From: Candidatus Eiseniibacteriota bacterium
Lineage (GTDB): Bacteria > Eisenbacteria > RBG-16-71-46
Assembly: GCA_963717505.1 (NCBI GenBank)
Contig: OY970342.1
Coordinates: 3,328,001-3,392,000, forward strand
DNA: 64,000 bases
Direction of reading: 5' to 3'
The notes beneath the pieces were generated by a model, which worked only from the letters and a program-made list of their open reading frames with translations, was not told where the DNA came from and ran no database searches. Made by a program: the position numbers and the translations under genes. Numbering within the stretch: position 1 is the stretch's first letter; each line of letters starts with the position of its first letter. Below are positions 33,046 through 42,446 of this stretch, piece by piece.

Positions 33046-35565
33046 CTAGTTCACGACCGTGACTCTCTGGATGACTGATGCCTCCGGTGACTGAATACGA
33101 ATGAAGTACACGCCCGGGGGCACCCTCGAGCTCCGCTCGTTGGATCCGTCCCAGGTCACTCTCTGCTGGCCGGCAATGCGGAAGTCGTTCATGAGCTTCT
33201 TCACGATTCGACCCTGCATGTCATAGACCGCCACATGCACCCGGCTATCGCGGGCCATCGTGAAGGACAGCTCCGTGCCGGGATTGAGCGGGTTGGGCAT
33301 CACCCGGGCGCCGAGCGCCGACTCGAAGGCGCGCGTGACCCTGCCGTCCTCGTCGTCCACACGAGCGTCCTTGCCGTCGCCGCCATCATCGTCGTCGTCG
33401 TCCCCGTGGTCCTTGCTACGGTCGCGATCGCCAAACGTGGCCACGACAGTGGCGCCGCTGGTGAGCGTCGCCAGGATCTCGGCGTCGACCAGGGCGCACG
33501 GCAATTGCTTCCAACCGTGGTTGCCGCTCGAGGCGGTCACCGTAGTTTTCGCGAACAGGCCGAGCAGCGCCTCCGTCGAGAAGCAGGCGCGGATGCCGAG
33601 CGTGTCGCAGGTGGCATTGCGCTTCCAGCACCCGTCACGATCGTGGTGGTGGGAGTCCTCGCAGCTCAGGTTGCACTTGTCGCGATCGCCATGGTCGCCG
33701 CCGCCGTCGTCGTCGTCGTCGCCATGTCCGCCACCATCGTCGTCGTCATCGTCCCGACCGCCCCCAAAACCGCCGTCAACTCCATGATCGCCCGCCGCCC
33801 CAAAGGCACCGTCAACGCTGGGAGCGCCGTCGGCCCCATGACCACTGCGACCGTGGCAATCACGATCGATCTGAGCACCCTCCAGCGCCGGGATGGACTT
33901 GCCATTGAACTGGAGCCTGATGCTGGACAGGACCACATCCTCCAAGTTGAACGAGCCGCTGATCGGTTTGATGCGGAAGCAATGAGTTTCGCGGTGGGGC
34001 TTGAACTTGCCAATGAGACACGCGCTGCCTGCAACGTCGCCACTTCCGCCGCCACCCACGTCCATGACCGTGATGGTCGTGCTCGCGGTGCCGGTGCCGC
34101 CGTTCCCGTCGTTTCCGACGAACGCCACTGCATAGGTCCCCGATTGCGACGAGCCGGGCGTCCACGAGAAGGTGCCGGTGTTGTCGCCCAGATCGGTGAA
34201 CGTGGCCCCATCGGGCACCGAGTTCGCCGTGAGCGTGACGTGGTCACCGTCCGGGTCAGAGGCGGTCACCGTGAACGAGAGGTTGACGCCCTCGTCGACC
34301 TGCTCGGTCGCCGGAGCGCTCAGTGCCGGCGCCTGGTTCACGGGGGTGTCACCGGTCACCGTGATCGACGTGCTGGCGAAACTGGTGCCGCCGCGGTTGT
34401 CCATGCCGGTGAACGAGGCAATGTGCGTCCCTTCCTGGCCCGAGACCGGGCTCCAGGTGAAGGTTCCCGTGTTGTTCCCGTTGTCGACGAAGCTGGACCC
34501 ATCGGGCAGCTCGCGGTCGATGAGTTCGACGGGGTCCCCGTCGGGATCGGTCGCGGTGACGTCGAAGCTGAGGGTCGATCCAATCGCGACCGACGCGGTC
34601 GCCGGAGCGGTCACCTGTGGCGCGCGGTTGCCCTGGCCCGGACCGGTGACGATGATGTCGAAGAACTCAGTGACGGAAACTCCTTGGGAGGTCGCGGTGA
34701 TGGACGCATGGTAGGTCCCTGCGCTCCCGACGGGCGGAGTGACCGTAATCGTGGTGTTCACCTCTCCGGTGCCCGTGCCCGGAGGATTCAGGGTTGCCCA
34801 CGGCGGCAGGGCCGCGGTGAGCTCGATGAACGCGCCGGAGACGCCGGCCGCGTGGACCGGCACCGACAGGGATGCGCCGCCCGCTACCGTCACGTCATCG
34901 ATCGGAGTGAACGCCAGTGCCGGCGGACTCGCGACACGGATATGCGTCACGGTCGTCGACGAAAGGGCGTTCGCTGCGGTGAACTGGACGTCGTACTCGC
35001 CGGCGTCACCCGCACCCGGGGTCCAGTCGAACATCCCGACCGTTCTGGAACTGTTCGGAATGAACGTGGCTCCGTCGGGAAGGCCCGTTGCGACGAGCGA
35101 TACGATCATGTTCCCATCTGGATCGCTGGCGTTGACCGCAAAGGTGAGATCCGATCCGGCCGTAACCTCCTGCAGAGGGAGCACCGTCACCCTCGGCGCC
35201 TGGTCCGAGCCCATGGCGTTGACAGTGATCTGGAAGACTTTGACAGTGGAGACGCCTCCAGCCGTGGCGGTGACCGCGGCCGTGAAGTCGCCCAAGTGGG
35301 CGCTCAACGGCGCCAGAGTCAGGCTGGTGACTACGACCCCGGTACCGATCGTCGGCGTGTTCAGCGTCACGAACGGAGGTAGGGCCGCCGTGATCGTGAT
35401 CAAACGGTCGTTCTCGTCGACCGCAACCACATCCACGTTCAACGTGGAGCCGGCATTCAGGCTCACGTTCGCTATGGGAGACAGCAGCGGTGCCTGCGCA
35501 TGAGCTACAGACAAAGGCGCGAGCAGAAGCAGGCACAGAGTCAGCAACCTGAGTGATGCTTTCAT
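33046..35565 (-). CDS. Secreted putative-Ig/cadherin-like repeat protein with Asp/His/Cys-rich insert and C-terminal FlgD-Ig domain
   Basis: SD GAGGAGG then MKASLRLL signal; repeats F.V.A.DPDGD..LPDGA.F..G.F.W.P; C-terminal PNPLN..VYDMQGR..WDG..GVYFIR. Confidence 0.8.
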   Translation of the reverse strand: MKASLRLLTLCLLLLAPLSVAHAQAPLLSPIANVSLNAGSTLNVDVVAVDENDRLITITAALPPFVTLNTPTIGTGVVVTSLTLAPLSAHLGDFTAAVTATAGGVSTVKVFQITVNAMGSDQAPRVTVLPLQEVTAGSDLTFAVNASDPDGNMIVSLVATGLPDGATFIPNSSRTVGMFDWTPGAGDAGEYDVQFTAANALSSTTVTHIRVASPPALAFTPIDDVTVAGGASLSVPVHAAGVSGAFIELTAALPPWATLNPPGTGTGEVNTTITVTPPVGSAGTYHASITATSQGVSVTEFFDIIVTGPGQGNRAPQVTAPATASVAIGSTLSFDVTATDPDGDPVELIDRELPDGSSFVDNGNNTGTFTWSPVSGQEGTHIASFTGMDNRGGTSFASTSITVTGDTPVNQAPALSAPATEQVDEGVNLSFTVTASDPDGDHVTLTANSVPDGATFTDLGDNTGTFSWTPGSSQSGTYAVAFVGNDGNGGTGTASTTITVMDVGGGGSGDVAGSACLIGKFKPHRETHCFRIKPISGSFNLEDVVLSSIRLQFNGKSIPALEGAQIDRDCHGRSGHGADGAPSVDGAFGAAGDHGVDGGFGGGRDDDDDDGGGHGDDDDDGGGDHGDRDKCNLSCEDSHHHDRDGCWKRNATCDTLGIRACFSTEALLGLFAKTTVTASSGNHGWKQLPCALVDAEILATLTSGATVVATFGDRDRSKDHGDDDDDDGGDGKDARVDDEDGRVTRAFESALGARVMPNPLNPGTELSFTMARDSRVHVAVYDMQGRIVKKLMNDFRIAGQQRVTWDGSNERSSRVPPGVYFIRIQSPEASVIQRVTVVN

Positions 35566-35630
35566 GAGTCCTCCTCGAATCACGCCGGGAGGGACCATTG
35601 CCCAACAAGCGTCAGAAGCCCAAAGGTCAA

Positions 35631-35646
35631 AGCAGCCAGCGTGCCC
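35631..35646 (-). promoter_or_regulatory. Putative sigma-54 (-24/-12) promoter
   Basis: Minus strand GGGCACGCTGGCTGCT fits GG-N10-GC (consensus TGGCACG-N4-TTGCW), ~65 nt upstream of ATG 35565. Confidence 0.5.
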
Positions 35647-35925
35647 GCGATTTCTTGCAGAATGCGCCGAAAGCATGACCGCGCTCCGATCCGATTGGTG
35701 CCAACCGATCACGCTCGTTGCAGGACGCCACGAGGCCCGAATTGAGCGCCTGGCGAGAGGACAAGGTTTCGGTGGACTGGGGATTCGGCCCAGCGGAATT
35801 CATGCAGGCCGCATGCGCAGCAATTGCAGGTTGGCGTTCGGTGGTCGTGAGCCCATGGAGGGTTCGTCCGGGAACAGCCACCGGCCGCGCTCGAACCTTC
35901 TCCTTTATAGAGGTAGATTCGCCTG

Positions 35926-38208
35926 ATGCCTCTGACCGTCGGGACCCGTCTCGGCAACTACGAGATCGCCGCCCCGCTTGGGGCCGGTGGAATGGGAGAG
36001 GTCTACCGGGCGCGCGATACGCGGCTCGGACGTGACATTGCCATCAAAGTGTTACCCGAGGCGGTCGCCTCCTCGCCCGATCGCCTCGCCCGCTTCGAGC
36101 GCGAGGCACGGACCGTCGCGAGCCTCAATCACCCCAACATCGTGGTCCTGCACTCCATCGAGGAAGTCTCCGGTACGCGCTTCCTCACGATGGAACTGGT
36201 CGAGGGGAACGACCTCGCCACGCTGATCAAACCCGGCGGCCTGCCACTCGCTCAGGTGCTCGACTTGAGCGTCCCGCTCGCCGATGCGCTCGTGGCCGCG
36301 CACGACAAAGGCATCGTGCATCGCGACCTGAAACCCGCGAACGTCATGGTGACGCGCGAGGGCCGGCTCAAGGTGTTGGACTTTGGCCTCGCCAAGCTCG
36401 TGCAGGGGGAGCCCACGTTCGAGGACACGCAGATGATCACCAGGACGTCGCCGATCTCAGTGGTCGGAGCCGTGGTGGGCACGGCGCCGTACATGGCGCC
36501 CGAGCAGCTGCGCGGCGAAGGCGCCGACGCGCGCACGGACTTGTTCGCGCTCGGCATCATCGTCCATGAACTCGCTTGCGGGCGAAGGCCGTTCGCCGGC
36601 AGGACCATCGCCGAAGTGAGTTCGTCCATCCTGCGCGATGAGCCGGAGTCCCTGGCGAGCATCCGCCCCGATATGCCGCACGATCTGGAGCGGATCGTCA
36701 GACGGTGCCTGGAGAAGAATCCTGGGGACCGGTATCCGCGAGCCTCCGACGTCCGCGACGCACTGGCGTCCTTGCGAAGCGCGGCGCCCGGGGGTGCGGT
36801 CGCGGGGTCGCAACCAGCGCTGTCGGTCGCGCCGGCCCGCGCGCCCGAGGGACCCTCGATTGCGGTTCTGCCGCTCGTGAACATGAGCCGCGAACCCGAC
36901 AACGAGTATTTCTCCGACGGTTTGACCGAAGAGCTGATGAACATGCTGATCAAGATCCGCGGCCTCCGGGTCGCCGCGCGCACGTCTTCGTTCCACTTCA
37001 AGGGCAAGACCCCGACGATCGCCGAGGTGGGGAAAGCGCTCAACGTGGCCACCGTGCTCGAAGGCAGCGTCCGAAAGGCGGGGGACCGGGTGCGTGTCTC
37101 GGTCCAGCTGGTGAAGGTCGCGGACGGCTACCACCTGTGGTCGGAGACGTTCGAGCGCAAATTGGACGACATCTTCGCCGTGCAGGACGACGTCGCCCGC
37201 GCCGTCGTCGCGGCACTGCCCGGAGCGTTGCTGCACAGCCAGGATGGCCTGGCGGCCCGCCGGGGGACGCACGACCGCGATGCCTACGACGCCTTCCTCG
37301 AGGGGCGCTTCTTCTGGAACAAGCGCACCGAAGCCGACGGAAAGAAAGCCATCCAGTTCTTCGAGCGCGCCATCGCGATCGATGCCGAGTTCGCCGAAGC
37401 ATGGGCCGGACTCGCCGACTGCTACGTAACTCTTCCTTACTACAGCCTGACCCCGACGTCCGAGACGCTCCCGAAAGCGCGCGAGGCGGCACTGCAGGCG
37501 CTGAAACTCCGGCCGGAACTCGGATCCGTCCACGCCACGCTCGGCTACGCGCTGATGGTGGATCTCAGGTGGACCGAGGCGGAGCAAGAGTATCGGCGGG
37601 CAATCGAGCTGAGTCCCGACGACGCCATCGCGCACAAGTGGTACGCGGATCTCCTGATGATGACCGGCCGCTCGCATGCGGCGCTGCGTGAGATCCGGCG
37701 GGCGCTCGAGCTCGACCCGCTCTCCGCCAACATCTGGCCCATCCTGGGGGAGTGGCATTGGCTCGAGGGGCAGCTCGACGAGGCGATGGCTGCGTATCTC
37801 AAGGCGCTCGAGCTCACGCCGACGCTGCCGCTGGCGCTCGAGCTGGCCGCTCGTCTGTGCTGGCAGCGCGGGGATGTCGAGCAGTACTTCTCGCTACGCG
37901 AGCGACTCGAGGCCGTTTCGCCACGCGTCGCGGCGCCCACGGCGGCGCTGCGCGAAGCCTATGCGCGGGGCGGCAGGGACGCGGTGTTGCGGGCGCAGCT
38001 CTCTGCTCCGGTCGCGCAGCTGCTCCCCACGGATCGGGCCCGGTGGCACGCCGAGCTGGGCGACCTCGATGCCGCATTCCGGGACCTCGACGACTCGCTC
38101 GCCCTGCGCGAGATGCGCCTGCCCTACGTCACCTACTTCGCGGACTTCGCCCCGCTGTGGAAAGACCCGCGCTTCGAGGCATTGCTCGTGCGCATGGGTG
38201 TTCGTTAG
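35926..38208 (+). CDS. Hanks-type Ser/Thr kinase with TolB-N-like domain and TPR repeats
   Basis: Kinase motifs; SIAVLPLVNMS..EYFSDGLTEE; TPRs; PLWKDPRF C-terminus. Confidence 0.95.
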   Translation: MPLTVGTRLGNYEIAAPLGAGGMGEVYRARDTRLGRDIAIKVLPEAVASSPDRLARFEREARTVASLNHPNIVVLHSIEEVSGTRFLTMELVEGNDLATLIKPGGLPLAQVLDLSVPLADALVAAHDKGIVHRDLKPANVMVTREGRLKVLDFGLAKLVQGEPTFEDTQMITRTSPISVVGAVVGTAPYMAPEQLRGEGADARTDLFALGIIVHELACGRRPFAGRTIAEVSSSILRDEPESLASIRPDMPHDLERIVRRCLEKNPGDRYPRASDVRDALASLRSAAPGGAVAGSQPALSVAPARAPEGPSIAVLPLVNMSREPDNEYFSDGLTEELMNMLIKIRGLRVAARTSSFHFKGKTPTIAEVGKALNVATVLEGSVRKAGDRVRVSVQLVKVADGYHLWSETFERKLDDIFAVQDDVARAVVAALPGALLHSQDGLAARRGTHDRDAYDAFLEGRFFWNKRTEADGKKAIQFFERAIAIDAEFAEAWAGLADCYVTLPYYSLTPTSETLPKAREAALQALKLRPELGSVHATLGYALMVDLRWTEAEQEYRRAIELSPDDAIAHKWYADLLMMTGRSHAALREIRRALELDPLSANIWPILGEWHWLEGQLDEAMAAYLKALELTPTLPLALELAARLCWQRGDVEQYFSLRERLEAVSPRVAAPTAALREAYARGGRDAVLRAQLSAPVAQLLPTDRARWHAELGDLDAAFRDLDDSLALREMRLPYVTYFADFAPLWKDPRFEALLVRMGVR

Positions 38209-38221
38209 GCGGCGCGACACC

Positions 38222-38776
38222 ATGACGCGGGTCGCCCTGGTCTCGTCGATCCTCGCCGTCGCACTGACGGGTTGTTTCGCCTTGAAGCCACCTGACAACG
38301 TCGGCTTTGAGGCCCCTCACGCGCTCCAGGAGCTCGCGGGCACCTACCAAAATCTCGGTGAAACAGCTCCCAACATGGGGTTCCACTACCTATCGGAGAT
38401 CATCTGGCCCGGCGACACGACGCTGCGCCACCAGTCGATTCGCACCATCTCGGTCCAGGCGATTGGCGACACGGTGCTTGCGGTTCGAGGCTTCAGCGAC
38501 AGCGGGGTCGTGAAGGAAGGGTCTTTCGTTTCGGGGAAAGACTTCGAGTTCACCGGCGGGCGTCTCCATTTGCGCACCAGGGTGGAGAACACGCTCAACA
38601 CTCCCGAGGCGGGTGGGCTGTTTGTGCTCACCACCACTCAGGAACTCGGCCTCGACAAGCAGGGGCAGGGCAAATTCAAGAAACAGGAAACCGTCGTCGG
38701 AGCGGCTTACCTCGTCATGCCCATCGCGCTCACGGAGAGCACCGAGGTACGCTTCCTTCGGCTTGCGAAGCCCTGA
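38222..38776 (+). CDS. Hypothetical lipoprotein
   Basis: MTRVALVSSILAVALTGC lipobox; in-frame ATG at 38222 within the longer 37676 ORF. Confidence 0.65.
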   Translation: MTRVALVSSILAVALTGCFALKPPDNVGFEAPHALQELAGTYQNLGETAPNMGFHYLSEIIWPGDTTLRHQSIRTISVQAIGDTVLAVRGFSDSGVVKEGSFVSGKDFEFTGGRLHLRTRVENTLNTPEAGGLFVLTTTQELGLDKQGQGKFKKQETVVGAAYLVMPIALTESTEVRFLRLAKP

Positions 38777-38804
38777 GTCACCGCCCTGAGCCTGGTTGTG
38801 GGCA

Positions 38805-40583
38805 TCATTGGATCGCGACAAGACGCCGATCCCAGCCGCCGGTTGCCGTCGTCATGCGCACCCAGTAGACGCCGCTCGCGGGGAGCCATGCGCGCTCGAG
38901 CCGGGCGCGACCCCAGCCGGCGGGTGCTTCACCTTCGAACAGCGTCCGAACCCGGCGACCCTGCAGATCATGCAGCGTCACGCGCGCGTACTCGGCGCGG
39001 GCCGACCAGAACGCGACGGATCCGGAGAGGCGCAGCGGATTCGGGGTGATCCGGATACGCTCGCTCGCCTCGGGCCATGGTTCGAAGGGCACGCTGGTCG
39101 ACACCTGCCCTTCCACCATCGTTCGCAGCGTGTCGGCGGCCAGGCTGGTGACCACGTCGACGCGGCCGCTCGGCCACTCGAGGCGCACCGAGTCCGCGAC
39201 CGCTGCATCCCCGAGCCCGAAGTGCGCGATCAGGGCGTTCTGCCCTCCGTAGCCGGTGTTCGCGGAGATCTCGCGTAGCTGCCAGCGCGGCGTGCCGCCG
39301 ATGGTCGCGCGCACGCGCACGCGCAGCCCGATCGCCGAGCGATTCGACGGCTGTCCGACGCACGCGACCTCGAGCCAATGATTTCCATTCACGAGATCGT
39401 TGCGATAGAGCACGCTCGGACCCTCGCTCCTCGCGGTCGGCAGGAACAGATCGAGGTCGCCGTCCTGGTCGTAGTCGCCGGCGGCCACGCCGTAGGCCGA
39501 GCGCGGCGGTGTGGTCGCCAAGGTCGCCACGCTGGTGAAAGTGCCGTTGCCATTGTTGCGATAGAAGCGATCGGCCTGCGCGTTGTCGCGTGCAACGTGG
39601 ACGTCGAGATCGCCGTCGTTGTCGAAGTCCCCCCATGCCACCCCGTGCGCAGCGCCCATGTCGGTGACGATCGTGCCAGCTACGATCTTGGTGAACCCCG
39701 TGACGCCGTCGTTGCGGTAGAGCTGGTTCGGCACCGAGGTGTAGTTGATCGCGTAGCAGTCGAGGTCACCGTCGTTGTCGTAGTCGGCCCAGCTCAGCAC
39801 CTGCGAGTCGCGCGGGTCGGTGGCCAGCGTGCCGGTCGTGATCGCCTCGAAGTCCGCGGTGCCGGTCTCGATCAGGCGGTTGCGATACATCTGGTCGAGA
39901 CCGAGCGAGCCGACGGGACCGCTGCCGAAGAAGAGATCCAGGTCGCCGTCGCCATCGAAGTCCGCCCAGGTCGGGTTGTGGTGCGACCCGGCGGTCGAAA
40001 CCGCGCTGCCGGCGATCTCCAGAAACGTGCCGTCGCCGAGATTTCGAAACAGCCGGTTCCCGGTCGTCATGCCGAGGACACCCGTGATGGTGGAGACCAC
40101 AAGATCGACGTTTCCGTCGCGATCGTAGTCGCCCCAGGCGCAGCCCACGCCCTTCATTGCGTCGCCGCTGATCCCGGATGCCACATCCAGGGTCCAACTC
40201 GCGGCAGTCCTGCGGTAAAGTCGGCCGCCCTTGGTGGAGAGTGCGGTGACGTACGCGTCGAGGTCGCCATCGTTGTCGGCGTCGGCCCAACTGCTGCAAA
40301 CGCTCTCCGCGGAATCCTGCACCACCGGCTCGCCGAGGACGCGCACAAACGTATCGCCACCATCGTTTCGGTAGAGCACGTTGTCGTTGTTGGCCGAGAA
40401 CGAGGTGACCACGTAGAGATCGAGATCCCCGTCGCCGTCGAAGTCCACCCACGAGGCCCCGGTCGAGAACGCGACGTGCGCGGCCATGTCGGGCACGGCG
40501 ACCGGCGTGAAGACCTGCGCCGCAGCCGGAGGGATTGCACCGCCGACGACGACGAGACCACAAGCCAGCGCACGACTAATCAC
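38805..40583 (-). CDS. FG-GAP/VCBS repeat CRTAC1 (ASPIC/UnbV) family secreted protein with C-terminal sorting-like domain
   Basis: Repeated W.D.DxDGDLD boxes, NRSAIG, HFGLG, WPSG; GTG start overlaps upstream TGA. Confidence 0.88.
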   Translation of the reverse strand: MISRALACGLVVVGGAIPPAAAQVFTPVAVPDMAAHVAFSTGASWVDFDGDGDLDLYVVTSFSANNDNVLYRNDGGDTFVRVLGEPVVQDSAESVCSSWADADNDGDLDAYVTALSTKGGRLYRRTAASWTLDVASGISGDAMKGVGCAWGDYDRDGNVDLVVSTITGVLGMTTGNRLFRNLGDGTFLEIAGSAVSTAGSHHNPTWADFDGDGDLDLFFGSGPVGSLGLDQMYRNRLIETGTADFEAITTGTLATDPRDSQVLSWADYDNDGDLDCYAINYTSVPNQLYRNDGVTGFTKIVAGTIVTDMGAAHGVAWGDFDNDGDLDVHVARDNAQADRFYRNNGNGTFTSVATLATTPPRSAYGVAAGDYDQDGDLDLFLPTARSEGPSVLYRNDLVNGNHWLEVACVGQPSNRSAIGLRVRVRATIGGTPRWQLREISANTGYGGQNALIAHFGLGDAAVADSVRLEWPSGRVDVVTSLAADTLRTMVEGQVSTSVPFEPWPEASERIRITPNPLRLSGSVAFWSARAEYARVTLHDLQGRRVRTLFEGEAPAGWGRARLERAWLPASGVYWVRMTTATGGWDRRLVAIQ

Positions 40584-42385
40584 CGCGTGTTCCCCAGGCG
40601 CACGAGTCGCGCTCCGGCCTGCTGGCCGGACCAGCGTGCGCGTGCGAAATAGATTCCAGTGCCCACGCGGCCGCCGCGGTCGTCGGTGCCGTCCCAGCTC
40701 AGCGTCGCTTCCCACCCCGCGCTCGCGGGAATCTCGAGCGTGCGCACGAGCTGACCGGTGACCGAATAGATCCGCACCACATCTTCTCCCGGCATCGCCC
40801 GCGTGGATGCAGAGCTCCTGCGCGAGAGCATCAACCGCATCGCCGACGCCGAAGGATTCGGCAGCGCCCGGATCGCGAGCGCGGGCCCCAACACCGCCGG
40901 CGCCGGAGGGACACCGACCGGCAGCGGATCCGTCAGCATGCGAAGCACGTTGATGCGGGTGCCGAGCTTGCCCGCGTAGCCCGGGTTCAGCGCATCGATG
41001 TCATCACCGGTGTCGTGGACGCGCTGCCGCACTTCGGCCGGTGTTGCGAGCGGCAGTCCGAGGCTCAGGCGACGCGCCTGGTACAGGCTCACCGCACCCG
41101 CGACGAACGGAGCCGCCACCGACGTGCCGTTGCTGGTGAGGTAGCTCGGCTCCGACATGCGTCCCATCGTGCTGGTGACCGAGAGCCCGCAGCCCGAGAC
41201 GTCGACCCAGGCGCCATAGCTCGAGAAACCGGCGCGCACGTCGTTGCGATCGATCGCAGCGACGTCGATGCAGTCGCCGCGCGCCGCCAGATAGTTCTCG
41301 GCCGTCGATTCGCTGTTGTGGTTACCCGCGGCGACGCACAGCGTGACGCCGTGATTGATCGCATAGGTCGCGGCCGTCCGCAGGGCGGTCAGGACGACGC
41401 TTTCCCACGAGCAATTGATCACGTGGGCTCCGTTGTCCGTGGCGTAGACCAGCGCCTGCGCCGCGAAGCCCATGTCGATCTGCCCGGGGCTGCTCGGCGT
41501 GTCCTTCCAGCCGATCCGGACCGGCAGGAGCTTGGCGCGAAACCCGGTGCCGGCGATGCCGAGCCCGTTGTCGGTGCGCGCACTGGCCATGCCCGCACAG
41601 AAGGTGCCGTGGCCAGCGAAGTCGATCGGGTCGTTGTCGGCGCCGCTCAGGTCCTCGCCGGGGACTCCGGTGCCCCCGGCGACGAAGTCCCAACCGCGCA
41701 AATCGTCGACGTAACCGTTGCCGTCGTCGTCGACCCCGGGCAGCCCGCCCATCTCGACCCAGTTGTGCGCGATGTTCCCGGCGGTGTACGGCGGCTCGGT
41801 GCCGCCCAGGTCCTCGTGGCTGTAGAGCACGCCGGTGTCGAGGATCGCGATCACGATCGTCGAGTCGCCCTGGATCACGTCCCAGGCCTCGAACACGTCG
41901 CTGTCGTGGTCGCTCGACTGGCCGAGCTGCCACTGGTCGCCGAGCATGGGATCGTTGGGCATGTAGCCGACCGAGGTGAGCGGCACCGGCTCGGCGCCGG
42001 CCACGCCGCGCACCGAACCATAGTCCGCGAGCGCCTGGGAGAGGCTCGCGTTCGCCGGCAACTCGACGATGTAGAACCGCGTGAGGTCTTCATCGTTCGA
42101 GCCGGGCGCGGGAGGCGTCGCGGTGGGGAACATCGGCTCGTAGACCCGCGGCTGGTAGCGGGCGTGAACCACGTCGAGGGCCGAGAGCCCGCTGGAAGCC
42201 AGGCGGTTGGGCTCGGCGTCGGGACGCTGCGCGTGTCCGAAGCCCGGTCGCGGCGTGCCTGAGTCGAGCTCGAGCACGAGCCTGTGCGGGTGAACGTTGG
42301 GGGTGGACATGGCCTCGCTCGGGGCGGCCAATGGCGGGCTTGTCGCCAACAGGACCGAAACGATCAGGGCCGAAATGATCTTCAT
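40580..42385 (-). CDS. S8 subtilisin-family serine peptidase with C-terminal FlgD-Ig domain
   Basis: Catalytic triad ILDTG, GHGTFCAG, NGTSVAAP; DDDGNGYVDD insert; C-terminal WDGTDDRG..GIYF. Confidence 0.92.
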   Translation of the reverse strand: MKIISALIVSVLLATSPPLAAPSEAMSTPNVHPHRLVLELDSGTPRPGFGHAQRPDAEPNRLASSGLSALDVVHARYQPRVYEPMFPTATPPAPGSNDEDLTRFYIVELPANASLSQALADYGSVRGVAGAEPVPLTSVGYMPNDPMLGDQWQLGQSSDHDSDVFEAWDVIQGDSTIVIAILDTGVLYSHEDLGGTEPPYTAGNIAHNWVEMGGLPGVDDDGNGYVDDLRGWDFVAGGTGVPGEDLSGADNDPIDFAGHGTFCAGMASARTDNGLGIAGTGFRAKLLPVRIGWKDTPSSPGQIDMGFAAQALVYATDNGAHVINCSWESVVLTALRTAATYAINHGVTLCVAAGNHNSESTAENYLAARGDCIDVAAIDRNDVRAGFSSYGAWVDVSGCGLSVTSTMGRMSEPSYLTSNGTSVAAPFVAGAVSLYQARRLSLGLPLATPAEVRQRVHDTGDDIDALNPGYAGKLGTRINVLRMLTDPLPVGVPPAPAVLGPALAIRALPNPSASAMRLMLSRRSSASTRAMPGEDVVRIYSVTGQLVRTLEIPASAGWEATLSWDGTDDRGGRVGTGIYFARARWSGQQAGARLVRLGNTR

Positions 42386-42446
42386 ACAATCAGCATAACC
42401 CGTCCGAGCCTTCGTACAATCGGTTGCTTCAGACTTTCATGACTGC

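Noticed and set aside
39400-40460. Periodic repeats (gtcgccgtcg...tagtc) that could suggest a CRISPR or DGR array
   Set aside because: They are degenerate FG-GAP DxDxDGDLD protein repeats inside a CDS; no identical repeat-spacer structure, and no cas or RT gene
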